Shown: positions 38,816-50,088 of the stretch, in pieces
Layout: each line of letters starts with the position of its first letter
Numbering within the stretch: position 1 is the stretch's first letter
DNA from: Chromera velia
Taxonomy: Eukaryota
Assembly: GCA_018398765.1 (NCBI GenBank)
Contig: JAHBMJ010000027.1
Coordinates: 1-58,891, forward strand
DNA: 58,891 nucleotides
Reading direction: 5' to 3'
Translations under genes and position numbers: made by a program
Notes under the pieces: generated by a model
Databases searched by the model: none
Told to the model about the DNA's origin: nothing
The model's input: the letters and a program-made list of their open reading frames with translations, nothing else

Positions 38816-40524
38816 ATGTCCCTACGGGACATGCCGTGCCCCCCAGGGGTGAGATAGGGTGAGAGCATGGTGAGAGCACTGAGAGGTGCGTCCATGATCG
38901 TGGTACATGCATGCAACAGGTTCCCCTTCCCATATTAATATATGGGAAATCTGACGCCATTCAGATTTTTGAAATCTGACGCGCCCATAAGGATGCGCGA
39001 AAGTCCCTTAATATATGGTGTATGACAAAACCCTCAATCACGGTTGTTAGCTGCACAAAAGCGTAGCTGCGGTATCTGTAAATGCCGTAGAGGGCTGGAG
39101 ACGGCTGGACGGGCTTCAAGACGGTTGAGAAGAAGAAATAAGAAGAGCTCTGCTATTAGATACGTTTGCTAATAAGAAAATTAATGATGTAGAAGGACTT
39201 CGCTAACATATGGTGTTAACGTGAATAAACGTGAAAGAGAAAATGAAATTGTAACCGCAGCAATACATTACTGATAAATCTTTAACAACTTATTTTTGCT
39301 TAAAAAAAAAAAAATCAGAGTGCTCCCCGCTTAAATCTACTTACATTTTTATTTTTTATTTATGGAGTTAATATATAAGTCTTTTACATACAGACACATA
39401 TACTGTAATGTTTCTTTCATTTACTTTCATTTATATTGTGGCCATTCTAGTAGTAGCATAGTAGTATATGTAGTAGCCAAACATTATATACGTTTTCTAT
39501 TATCTCTCACCCGCACGCCCAAACAGCTTCTGTTCACAAACTTATACATACTCATAAACACGCTCGCTTTCTCCGTCTCTCTTCATTCATCCACCTGCAG
39601 GCCTAAGCAGATTCTGTTACTGCACATACTTCCTTTTCATACCCCTCTTTCTCTATGCACCCGCACGCCCAAACATTCACCTACACACCCAAACGGCTTC
39701 TAACAGTGTTCACACACTTGTTTACCTAGCTTTATTCACAGGCCCAAACAGCTTCTGTTCATATCTCTCCCTCTTGAACTTACCAAGCGCTGGACCCATA
39801 CGTAGTAAGCCTCTCCACAACATTTTAAAACGAATACTACAGCATCCACAGTGACATACACTATATATAGACAGTATTTTGTATCCGAAATCCTTAAGTG
39901 GAGGTAGAAGGAAGTTAAGAAACCAGGTGCTGAAGAACAATAAGAGGGGCCAAGTAGAAAGAAAGAAGATGGGCAAAAAGAGGTTCCTGCAGATCACATT
40001 AACCGTTTTTCCTCTTTGTCAAGCGTACTTAGTGGTGGTACGGCCCACTCCTGACTCTGTAAGACGGCATGTCTTAACTTGCCACTGAGCTTGGTAGCAT
40101 AGTCAAACAACGGAGCAATTTAGAACAGCTTCACTTAGATGGTATGTTTTATCGCCTTCCTTAAAAACTACATAGATGATCAAATCTACGTACAATTCCC
40201 CTCCATATGTGTTTTTGCATATGTACCGATACATCAAGGTTAGGCGCATGTTCGCCATGCATGCGTTGTACAGTTGCCGGAAAGCGCGGGTCCCGAAAGG
40301 CAAATGTAACCCGATTTATTGGTAATTCGACTTTTTTTTTTCTATAGGTGCGGCTAAGGGCCTTAACAGATACCATGGCCGGGGGCCACGGCACGGGGGC
40401 CACGGCAGGCAACGGCATGCCGCTTGTATTAATAGATTGAGGGCCCCGGCAGCCCAAGGTCCGGGGCGGGGCATCCCCATGCCGGGGTCCTCGGGGACCC
40501 ACCCCGTCGCACGGTCTTAGCTAG
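38816..40524. mobile_element. Possible decayed non-autonomous element(s): AT-rich core with palindromic and GC-rich ends
   Basis: Left: hairpins ATGTCCC-tac-GGGACAT (38816-38832) and TTCCCATAT-taat-ATATGGGAA (38927-38948). Right: GGGGCCACGGCA x2 (40382, 40396), inverted to CATGCCGTGCCCCCC (38830-38844) with one mismatch; hairpin GGGTCC-tcgg-GGACCC (40485-40500) then CTAG|T at 40521-40525. No transposase seen. Confidence 0.35.
39508..39761. repeat. Five degenerate copies of a ~27-30 bp unit (CACCCGCACGCCCAAACAGCTTCTGTTCAC)
   Basis: Copies start at ~39508, 39592, 39658 (partial), 39678 and 39737 (partial). Confidence 0.75.
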
Positions 40525-40922
40525 TACGTCGGAAGGGAATTCTTGGTGGGGGAAAGCTCTGTTTTGAACAGCTGGGCCGCGAAAGTTCGGCAATCACAGT
40601 TGCAAATTTCGACTCCTTGCGTGCACCAGACTCATACCAGACTCTTGCAAACGAAGCACCGGGGACTTTCGTGGTGGTCCCCTTCGAAATTGTTGGGCAT
40701 TCAGTTTCTCTGCAACGGAAACACCGAGCACCCCTTAGAGACGAAACGACCGTTGTAAAGGGGGCCTGTGTTCATCGTGCAGTTCACTGAGTCAATCGTT
40801 TTCTTCATGCCTTGCGCCGGAAGCTTTGTCCCTCCTGATGTAAAGAGGGTCGGCCGATGAATCCGTGAAAGAAACTTTGTTCGTTCATTTGCTTACCGAA
40901 AGGACACATACATACATACGAG

Positions 40923-43900
40923 ATGACAGATGAAGATCGTCACTCGTGTTCTCCTGAGGACGAAGCCGTCCTGATCAGGAACAGGGCGGTGATCGAAGGA
41001 CTCGATGAGTTGAAGAACCAAAAGGAGCCCTTTAGATTCGGGCTGAACACGCTCGCAAAACTTGGAGGCCTCGGGAAGTCCAATGCAAAACTCTGTTTTC
41101 AACTGGGACTGGTCATGGGGGTCGCCTCTCTCGTTTCCTCTGTGCCCCACATCAACAATTGGGTCAACGTACTTGAACCCTCTGCTTCAGTCAGTCCGCA
41201 ACGATGGTGCATAGGTACATTCAGAGTGCTAACGCGTGAGCCATCGTCACTGTTGCTATCGGTCTGGTTCTCTCCGCCTTCCGTCAGTCCTCAACCAGCC
41301 CGTCTATCCATCTCCATCATCCTCGGAGTCCATCTTTTCATCCCTGTCCATGCGTCTGTCAGGCCTCCTGTAATTTTGCCGAGGCTCAATAGATGCCTTG
41401 CTCTTCCATCATGCTAGACTGCAGTTGCAGCTGAGTGAGTCGGTTACGTTCCCTTGCTTTTCTTGAATGCAGTCATGGACCATCATCACGATGGTGGTGG
41501 TTGTGCAAAAGACAACAGGAGGCAGTTTGAAAAAAGCGGTGTGGAGACTCGCAGGGACGTTCATGGCATCCGTTTTGGCGTTTATCATCATCCTCATCGT
41601 CCGGGCGATTGGGAATGGGGAGGCGGGTGAGGACTCGAAACTTTCTATGAGTGCGGTGATCGTGTACTTCTGTTACCTGTCTCTGGCTGGTGTCTTTCTG
41701 GCTGTGATTCAGATGAAGCTCGGCCAAGCGGACTATGTGTTCAGTGTCGCGATGTTTACTCTTTTATTGTTGGGGGAGACCGCGTTTAAGTGCGGGTCCA
41801 CTTGTAGCTTCGAAACGATGTGGCCAGCCCCCGTGGGACGGTTGTTTGCGATTGTTTTGGGAGTTGCCTTCTCATTGGCAATCCTTTGTACATTCCTTCC
41901 TGCAACCGCAACACAGCGGATGGCAGAAGGTATTGAGACCTCTTGTCTGCATTTGGGGGATCTGATTGAATGCATGGGACAGAAACTGGGCGCAGCACCC
42001 CTGTCAAAAACCACATCGTTGGACGGGACCTCCCCAGGGGTGAGCATCAAGTGTCGTGTCCCAGCAGGGAAAGGGTTTTTCAGTGTGAAGGCAGGGGGTG
42101 ATCGGTTCTTTCGGCAACTTCGGAGGTCCCTCGATGCTCTGGATCAAAAAGTTGCCAAATGCCGAAATTTACAGTCTTCCGCTTCGAACGAAATTCGTCT
42201 GATTCGATTTTATCGTTTTGTTGACGATTTCATTCGGAGGCTGGGCGAGATCCTCAGCTGCCAACGGCGTGCAAAGGGAAAGGGAGCATTGAGGGGGTGC
42301 GGTGTGATCATTGGAGGAGGCAACAAGTGTGCCCAGTGGCCGTTCCGGTGCCCTCTGACAGGGCGGAAGGTCCGGCACTCTCACCTTGACCCCGAGTCAG
42401 AATTGCGCGTTCTGCGGGACCTGACTCGATTGGTCGACCATGTCTCAAAGGAAGTGTGGAGAATCTGCTTTCTCTGCGTCACAGGTTGGTTGGTTGCATG
42501 CACTCAAACGACGCTCCTCCTCTTCATTTCTTGTGGATGTCTTCTGTGTGTCCAGGTCTGTAGGTCTATCTTTTCCCCGTTTCTTTTACTTTTACTTTTC
42601 TTTGCACCTCGTCACCAAAAAAGATTGGTAACTCAGGGTGCATCTGTAAGTGGTCGGTCTAAAGTGTGTTGTGATGAAGGCTTTCTTCCCCGTCCTCCTA
42701 AGTCGACTTGCTGGAAATCTGTCTGTTAGTTGAATGACTCCGGATGCTTGACTGAGTTTGGGTGTGGCAAATAAATTGACTGAGTGACTGAATATTTGCA
42801 TGGATTGGATGGATGGATGGATGGATGGATGGATGAATGAATGAATAAATGGATGGATGGATGGATGAATGCAGCCACGGGCGGGGAGGTTCGATGTGAA
42901 GAGGAGGAAGAAAGGGTCATGCTCTTGGAGGGAGTCGAAAGTCTCTGCAACTTTACACGCGCTCTCTCGCACATTGCGGCCGGAAGGGCGTGTGCCAGAG
43001 AGGCAGTCGGGTTCCTCACTGAGGTCAGTCAGTCAGTAGGGCCAGGGGGGAGGGGCAGTGTGTCTGTGATGATATTTGGTCGATTTTTTGCCTCTCTACG
43101 TTTGTCCGTTTGTTCCCTTTTCCTGTCTCTCCTTCTTGCCTTCCATACTTCATTTGTCAATGAAAATAACTTTTTCCACCCTCCCAGGATCAGCGCCTCC
43201 TGGAAGTCTTCTGTGAATGGGTGCACAATTGCACGGGTATACGCACAAGTGAAACAATTACAGAGTCGCTCGCAAAAATCAGTGCTTCGTGAAACGTAGC
43301 GCCGATCCACGCAACAATTATACCTCCACACACAAGGACGTGCACAAATTCACCCTCCCTGCCTACACCAATAAAAGCAGAAACAAAGGAAGGCAGAAAC
43401 AGCGAAAGGAAAGGCAGAAGGGGGGGGGGATGGCGAGAGAGACATGCAGAGAGCTTTACTACCGCCCCCCCGTTGTTTTCTTCAGCCTCTGCAGGGAATT
43501 CATTTCTTTTTGTCGCAATACATGATGAATCGCTCATGCACCTATTACCGTGCCAGTCTCTGTCTGATTCAGCACTTGTTCTTTCACTCACTCTTCATGC
43601 GTGTGTCTGCATGGGTTGAGGCTGATGCTGCAGGCCATTCTGAAGGCTCGCATATTGCTTGCCTACAGCAGTGAAAAGACGGCGCTTGTTTGGAGAGAGC
43701 GGACTGGAGAGTTCTCCACAGCACACCTCTCACTTCCGCCCCCACAGCCGAGCGTCGGTGCTTTCACACGACTGAGTTCGCTCCTTGTTGCATACAATCC
43801 GAAACCGAACAGCAGTCGAAGAAAGAGTCGAGGAGGCACCAAGCAGCGGCGCCGGATTGTTGAGTGGTTCCCGGCAGCTTCGGGTGATCTTTCTTGTGAG

Positions 43901-44986
43901 TCTGGGGATGGAGGGGAGACGGAGACGGATAAAGAGAGAGAAGGGGAGGGGAAAGGAAAGCGCTCGACGAGTACAAGTCGAGAGGCAAGCAGAGAAGAGG
44001 TCATGGAGACGGGGGTGGGAGTAGGAATACGTGCACATCCCCGCATCGAGACGGTGTTCGTCTCTCCCGGAGACAGTCCAATGGGAGTGGGTGCCCCCCT
44101 TTCCCCCCCGTCTCCAGACCCTCAAGAGGCCCCCCCCCTTCCGTGCCCCGGACCTCTGCCTATTCGATTACCGCCCAGACTCGCAGCGCCTGATACGAGT
44201 GAGGCATACGAAGCGGGACCGAGTCCGCTTGCAGATGCAGAGAGGGACATGAGTGGTTGTCCGAATACGACCAGATCTATGAGGGGAAACGGGTACGACC
44301 CCCGGCCCCTTGAATGGATCGCAGAGCTCCTGCAGGTCGCTGCAATGACAGGCCTGGTCGCACTCAAACGTGCACAAGCCCCGGAGGATCTGATTTCTTT
44401 TATGGATGCTGTCGAACGGGCACAGAGAGAGTCCGACAGTCGGGATGATGATGGAGGAGGGGAGGGGGACGATGAAAGTCCGGACATGGGAACGGGTGGA
44501 GGGGAAAAGGCACTAGGAGGCCCCCCGAGAGTTTTGCGGTCACAGCCGCAGGAAGAGAGGGGGGCCGACCAAAGCACTCATCATGGTGAGGCCACAGGCC
44601 CTCTCCCATATCTTCAAGAATTCGAGGGGGGAGTGGAGAAAAAGGGGGGGAAATGGTTTCATTCTTTGAGAGAAGTGGAGGAAGATGAGAATGAGGCTCG
44701 AGACGGAGTACGTGAGCTGCGACCCGTAAGAGTGCGTGCGTCAGCTGGAGGGTCTCTGTCCTCCTCTGCCCCTTCGACGCTTCAGGGGACAGATACAGGC
44801 AAGTCGAAAGAGAACGTAGAAGGGGGTGTGCGTGATGGGCTGAGGAGCCGGCCACCGGCATCCATGCTCTTCGGCTCTGTCTCTGGGCGCACCCGCCCGC
44901 TCCCCTTTGGGAGAAGCGCTCCCGATGTGTATCTCCGAGACCCGTCAAGGTGTGTGCAATCGGAGCAAGGCGAAAAGGGGGGATGA
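40923..44986 (+). CDS. ALMT/FUSC (aromatic acid exporter superfamily)-like membrane transporter, ~937 aa, with long low-complexity C-terminus
   Basis: Exons 40923-41189, 41473-42484, 42875-43023, 43188-43220 (uncertain), 43634-44986 total 2814 nt in frame. SWTIITMVVVVQKTTGGSLKKAVWRLAGT, Y...VAMFTLLL and GRLFAIVLGV...LPATA match the W...TVVVV...G.TL.K...R..GT and R...I..G pattern of ALMT/FUSC proteins. Confidence 0.78.
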
Positions 44987-47099
44987 CGATGTACCTACCT
45001 GAAGAATGAGGGTGGTGTGTGTCCCTGCAGATGTGCATGCATGTCTGTTGTGTGGTATGGAGTCACGGAGACTCTCTGTCCATTTTCTTCATATGAGTAG
45101 TCCCCTGCATGCACGGGAGAGAGAGAGAGAGAGAGACGAGGGAAGACTCCTTTTCTCAGTCTCACTCAGGCTTACTGTCGCGCGTCGTTGGGTACGTTCA
45201 TTCATTCGTTCGTTCATGAATCCATTCGTTCGTTCGAGGGCCCGAAGGACGATCGAGGGTCTCCCTTGCAGAAATTGAATTTCCCCCGTGGGGTCGGATG
45301 CTGCCTGCCTGCATGTGGCTGCATGGGGTTGCCTGCCTGCCTGCCTGGGAAGGTCGGGGGGCCTGTCACTGAGCAGCAAAATTAAGAGAATTAAGAGAGA
45401 AAGAAAATTAAAAGTGCATGTATCGATCAAATGAACGGGATGGGGCGGGGGAGCGAGAGGGAATGCGCGGGCTTGGTCTGAGGTCCGCATGAGGAGCGTG
45501 GTTCCTAAATTAATTCAGAAAATTCGGTCGTTGATGGTCAATTTTTTCTTCTGTCTACGTCCCGTTTCGTTTCATCACTCCCTTTTTCTGAGAATCTAAT
45601 TTCTTCATCGCTCAACAGACAGACAGTTCAATCTGTCTCTCTCGCGGCTGCTGTGCTCCCTAGCTCCTACTTCGTTACCTTTTCCTTGCGCCTTCGGATC
45701 TGGAATGAGGATTGCGGATTCGGTTTTGGTGACAGGAATGATTTGGTCGGGTTGAACTATTTTGCTGACTCTTCTGTCTTTCTTACATGCGCATATTCAC
45801 TGTCACGCACACCCACACACACACACAGATGCCCACCTGTGTATGCAAACACTTTCAATGACTCTTTCTGGGCGGCACTTCACCACGAGTGTGCCTGTCT
45901 GGAGTTTTTGTTTGTTTGCCTGTTTGTTTGTTTGTTGGTTGGTTTGTCTGTTTGTTTTTTTCTTTGACTTTTTTGTTTTTCGTGGCGCTTGTCGTGAGTC
46001 TTCTGGTCGTGGGAATTTTTTGCGTCGCTTTCTTCTCTCTTCTCAATTGCCCCCATGGTATGGGGGTGAAAAGGGCAAACGTCAAAATGCACTGTTGTGG
46101 TAGAACGCAAGCACTGCTTTTTGTTGATGCTTTATACACTTTTTGCCTTTTTGTTCCTCGTTTTGACATATGAATATGAGTATCGGCGGTGAGCAGGTTG
46201 GACCGTCAGCCAGACGTGTGCGCACCCTGGCTGTCCTCAGGGGTCTTCATGCAGAAAGAAAAAAAGAATGGTTGTTCTTCAATTCCATGCCTCTACTTCA
46301 CTCACACGCGTTCAATTTTGCCACCGTGCATCAACCTTTGCTGGCCAAATTATTATTGTGTCGGAGACTGCTTCGTGCATGCTCCTGCACTCAACCTCAC
46401 TTCTCATTTATTAATTCATTCATTCATTCGTTCATTCATTCATTCATTCATTGTTCGCGGATTTCTGCTGGCAGTGCAGATCCATATGTATCCCATCGCA
46501 CCTCGGCCGCTGTGTGGCCGTCAGTCTGTCTGTATTTTCCTTCCATAAAGACCTTATGTTCCCCGATTTTTTCGTTTCTCATTTACCCGTCAATTCGATC
46601 CTGCATGTGCCATGTGGTTCCCTCCGATCTTTTGACTGAATTCTCTCGATGTGCGCGTGTGCATGCATGCCCACGTCCAGGTTCATGCAGTCGGTGAATA
46701 CTCATGGGATTTCTTCTCCTCGATCGATCTGCATGTCCCCCGTTTTTTTAATTCGATCGGCATGCCTTCCGATGCGGCTTTGCAACATTGGTTGTGTGCT
46801 GTGGGCTTGAAATCACGCTGCTCTGATAGTGCAGAAGCCGGTCTCATCCACATGACCATAATGAAAGGCTGCTGGTCAACCGCTGGAAAAACAGCTGAGG
46901 GGGGCAATTAAGAGCTCTGGCACTGCATGTATCGGTGGCACGGAAAGAGCGCTGCCTGCAGCTTTTGAAAGAACGCTACACAAAGCTGCAGGCAGCGCTT
47001 TACCGTGGCGTAGTGCTGCAAACAGTAGTTGTATTTTGACTGCGCTGAATGCAATCGAACTGATGCCGGGGTGAAACCGTGAAAGGGGGTGATGTTAGG

Positions 47100-48610
47100 T
47101 CATATGTGATATAATGTGATACACTGGCAGTAGTGGTCAAACCTAGGGTCAAACGAGTGTTATATCTGATGTAATAATATGAGAAAGTACGTTCAATCCG
47201 GCTTATGCTAATTGTAACCAAAATTTAACCTATGTTTGATTGATTGATTGATTGATATGTTATAGTATAGAGAAACTTGATTGATTAATTGATTGGTTCC
47301 GAACTTAAGAAGTTAAAAGATGCATAATGAGATGAATACACTTTTTATAGATATAGCCCGGGCAACATAAGGTCGATGAGAGTCTTTGTGTAAGCTTGAA
47401 TGTTAGTCAAAGGCCGCGTGATGCCACTTGCATAGCAGAAAGTAATTAAAATAAGAAACTAAAAGCATTACAGTTCTATACAGTTTAATACTGGAAGATG
47501 AAACCTAGGCGCCGGCTAGAGAAAAAAAAAAAAAGATCTCCCTAGATCGTCTATTTTTTTTTTTTTCTTTTTCAGTTAAACAACTGTTAATAATTGTTCA
47601 ACTATTACACAAGTGTTGTTTGTATGTTGCACTGTAACTTGCACAACTGTTGTTAAGTGTTGTTCAAGGTTAAAAAGTAAAAATAAAAAAAAAAAAAAAG
47701 ATCTCCCGAGATTGTCTACTTTTTTTTTTTCCCTCTAGCCGGCGCCTAGGACGAAACCACTTTTATATATCACTAGTAATAACAAGTACATCATGACACC
47801 CAGCCACACCTACATTAAAGCATTCACATATTATTCTGGCGAATCTGCCACTAGATTTGTTAGTGGCTTAATGTAAAAAAAAGAATAAGAGAATGTATGA
47901 GAATATGTATGAAAAGCCGAAAGTATGCTAACTGACGGAAAAACTTTTTTCATTAGTGTTCTAGTACAATGGATGGTGTTGTTGCGTTTACATTTCAAAC
48001 AGTAGTGAACAAAACAGTATGAGGATTAACAAAAAAGAACGGGCCCTTTAACAGGGCTAGGTAGGGCAGACTAGGCGAGACTAAGTAATTAAAATAGCAT
48101 AAACAGTGTAAGCACTTATATGTGAGCACTGACAAGTTTTCTGGTGGCAGCACAGTGTCAACACTTCTAGCAGCATTTACTATGGCTAGTACTATGAAAC
48201 AGTATTAATATGCATCAAAAGCTAGAGTGAAAAGGACCTGAAGAACGGTGAAAAGAGGGGCCATGTCATTAGCTACAAGAGGGGGTGTGGCCACAGTACA
48301 GACTCCAGAAAAGAAATTTTAAAGCGACTCGGCGTAAAAAAATTCAAAGAAATTAGTTAATTGACAAGACTGGTTCATCTAAAACTAACAAAAACGACAT
48401 GCACACAATACAAAATTAAAAATGTGTTCATAAAAAAAATATGTGCAATGAATTTGCTTTTTGAAAAATGTGCTTCGATTTGCTCTAGCTAATTTGTTCA
48501 GTGCTATGCGCAATGCATGATCGCGTTTTGACAAAGCGCGCGCACGCAAAAAAACGCGCGAAAAACTAATGGATTTGTAATAAAATAACAAAAAAAGTTA
48601 TAATTATGTA
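47100..48610. other. AT-rich, TpA-rich intergenic island hosting a MITE-like insertion
   Basis: Compositional shift, (GATT)n at ~47237-47296, no credible ORF. Confidence 0.55.
47504..47750. mobile_element. MITE-like element, 247 bp, with perfect 18-bp terminal inverted repeats
   Basis: CCTAGGCGCCGGCTAGAG (47504-47521) is the exact reverse complement of CTCTAGCCGGCGCCTAGG (47733-47750). Two internal direct repeats of A-run + GATCTCCCTAGATCGTCTA / GATCTCCCGAGATTGTCTA + T-run. Confidence 0.75.
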
Positions 48611-48940
48611 TTCAGCTGCACGCCAGACTGAATTGCCTGTCTTGATGCAGTGTTGTGCAATTCACAGTGCATCAACACTTCGACCAAGATGCTTCAACGC
48701 ACGCTTGCCAACCACACACGTTCCTGACTCTTCAGTATTGACAATAGGCAGCCAACTCTTTGAGGTCCTTTTCGCACTTTCCACCGTTGTTCAAAAGACA
48801 ACTCTTTTCCAAAGCAACGCACAGCTAGTCTATCATACAAAGTTGTTCTCTTCGGTTCTCTTGGGGACGGTGTGCTGCTTTGAGATCGCCGTGTTACGTC
48901 AGGACACTGATTACGGAGAAAACTCGAGGAAATAGTGGGC

Positions 48941-49048
48941 ATGTGGCTGGGTAGGCTGTCGAATCGATGAACGAGCAGAAGAGTGTGATTCATTCACTGG
49001 GTGATTCAATGAGTGAACAACAGTTGATTGAATGAGTGAACAACAGTA

Positions 49049-49131
<83 letters not shown>

Positions 49132-49132
49132 G

Positions 49133-49163
<31 letters not shown>

Positions 49164-49455
49164 GGATGGATGGATTGATTGATTGATTGAATGCATGAAT
49201 GAATGAATGAATGTATGAGCGATTGATTGAGTGAACGAATGAAGAAAGAAAGCAAGGAATGATAGATAGACTTGGATGGTCAATAACGGCAGATCCCGCC
49301 AGAAGGACCACAAAGAGTTGGCTGTCTGTTAGCAATACTGAAGGAAGGGAGAAATCGTGAGTGTGTTGGTATGTGGCTGGATAGGCTGTTGAATCGATGA
49401 ACGAGCAGAAGAGTGTGACTCATTGACTGGGTGATTCAATGAGTGAACAACAGTG

Positions 49456-49506
<51 letters not shown>

Positions 49507-49785
49507 GGATGGATGGATGGATGGATGGATAGATGGATGGATGGATGGATAGATGGATGGATGGATGCATGGATGGATAGATGGATGGATGGATGGATTG
49601 ATCGATTGAGTGAATGAATGAATGAATGATTGTATGGATGAATGAATGAATGGTCCCACGAATGAATGAATGAATGAATGAATGAATGAATTAATGAATG
49701 AATGAATGAGTGAATGAATGGATAAATGAATTAATGAATGAATGAACAAATGAATGAATGTAGAAATGAATGGATGAATGAATGA
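48941..49785. repeat. Tandem ~430-bp duplication, each copy an ~83-bp unique head plus GATT/GATG/GAAT microsatellites
   Basis: ATGTGGCTGG..AGGCTGT.GAATCGATGAACGAGCAGAAGAGTGTGA.TCATT.ACTGGGTGATTCAATGAGTGAACAACAG at 48941-49023 and 49371-49453, each followed by tetranucleotide arrays. Confidence 0.9.
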
Positions 49786-49992
49786 GCCCAATTCTCAATT
49801 GAGCATCAATTGTAATCCTCGACAATGCAAGATCGTTTTTCAAATTCTGTGTTCACGAGGCACTTCCCTTTCTTTTCGTTCCACCCCTTGCTGTCCCTGC
49901 TGTATGCTGTGCTGTGTGGAGATCGATACTAAAACTCTTTCCCCTGCATCTTTGACTCAGGGGCCGGAACAGGGTGCCACTGGATCTCCGTC

Positions 49993-50088
49993 TCCTCCAC
50001 CACCTCCGCCTCCTCCACCACCTCCACCACCTCCGCCTCCTCCGCCACCTCCACCACCTCCACCACCTCCGCCTCCTCCGCCTCCTCC
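49993..50088 (+). repeat. (CCN)n tract, poly-proline in the + frame
   Basis: CCT/CCA/CCG units with third-position variation; about 31 Pro in ORF 49778-50131. Confidence 0.85.

Noticed and set aside
39508..39761. CRISPR-like repeat-spacer array
   Set aside because: Repeats are degenerate, spacing is irregular, no cas genes are present and the context is eukaryotic.
47498..47758. 8-bp hAT-type target duplication (ATGAAACC / ACGAAACC) around the MITE
   Set aside because: The two copies are offset by 2 bp relative to symmetric TIR ends and carry a mismatch.
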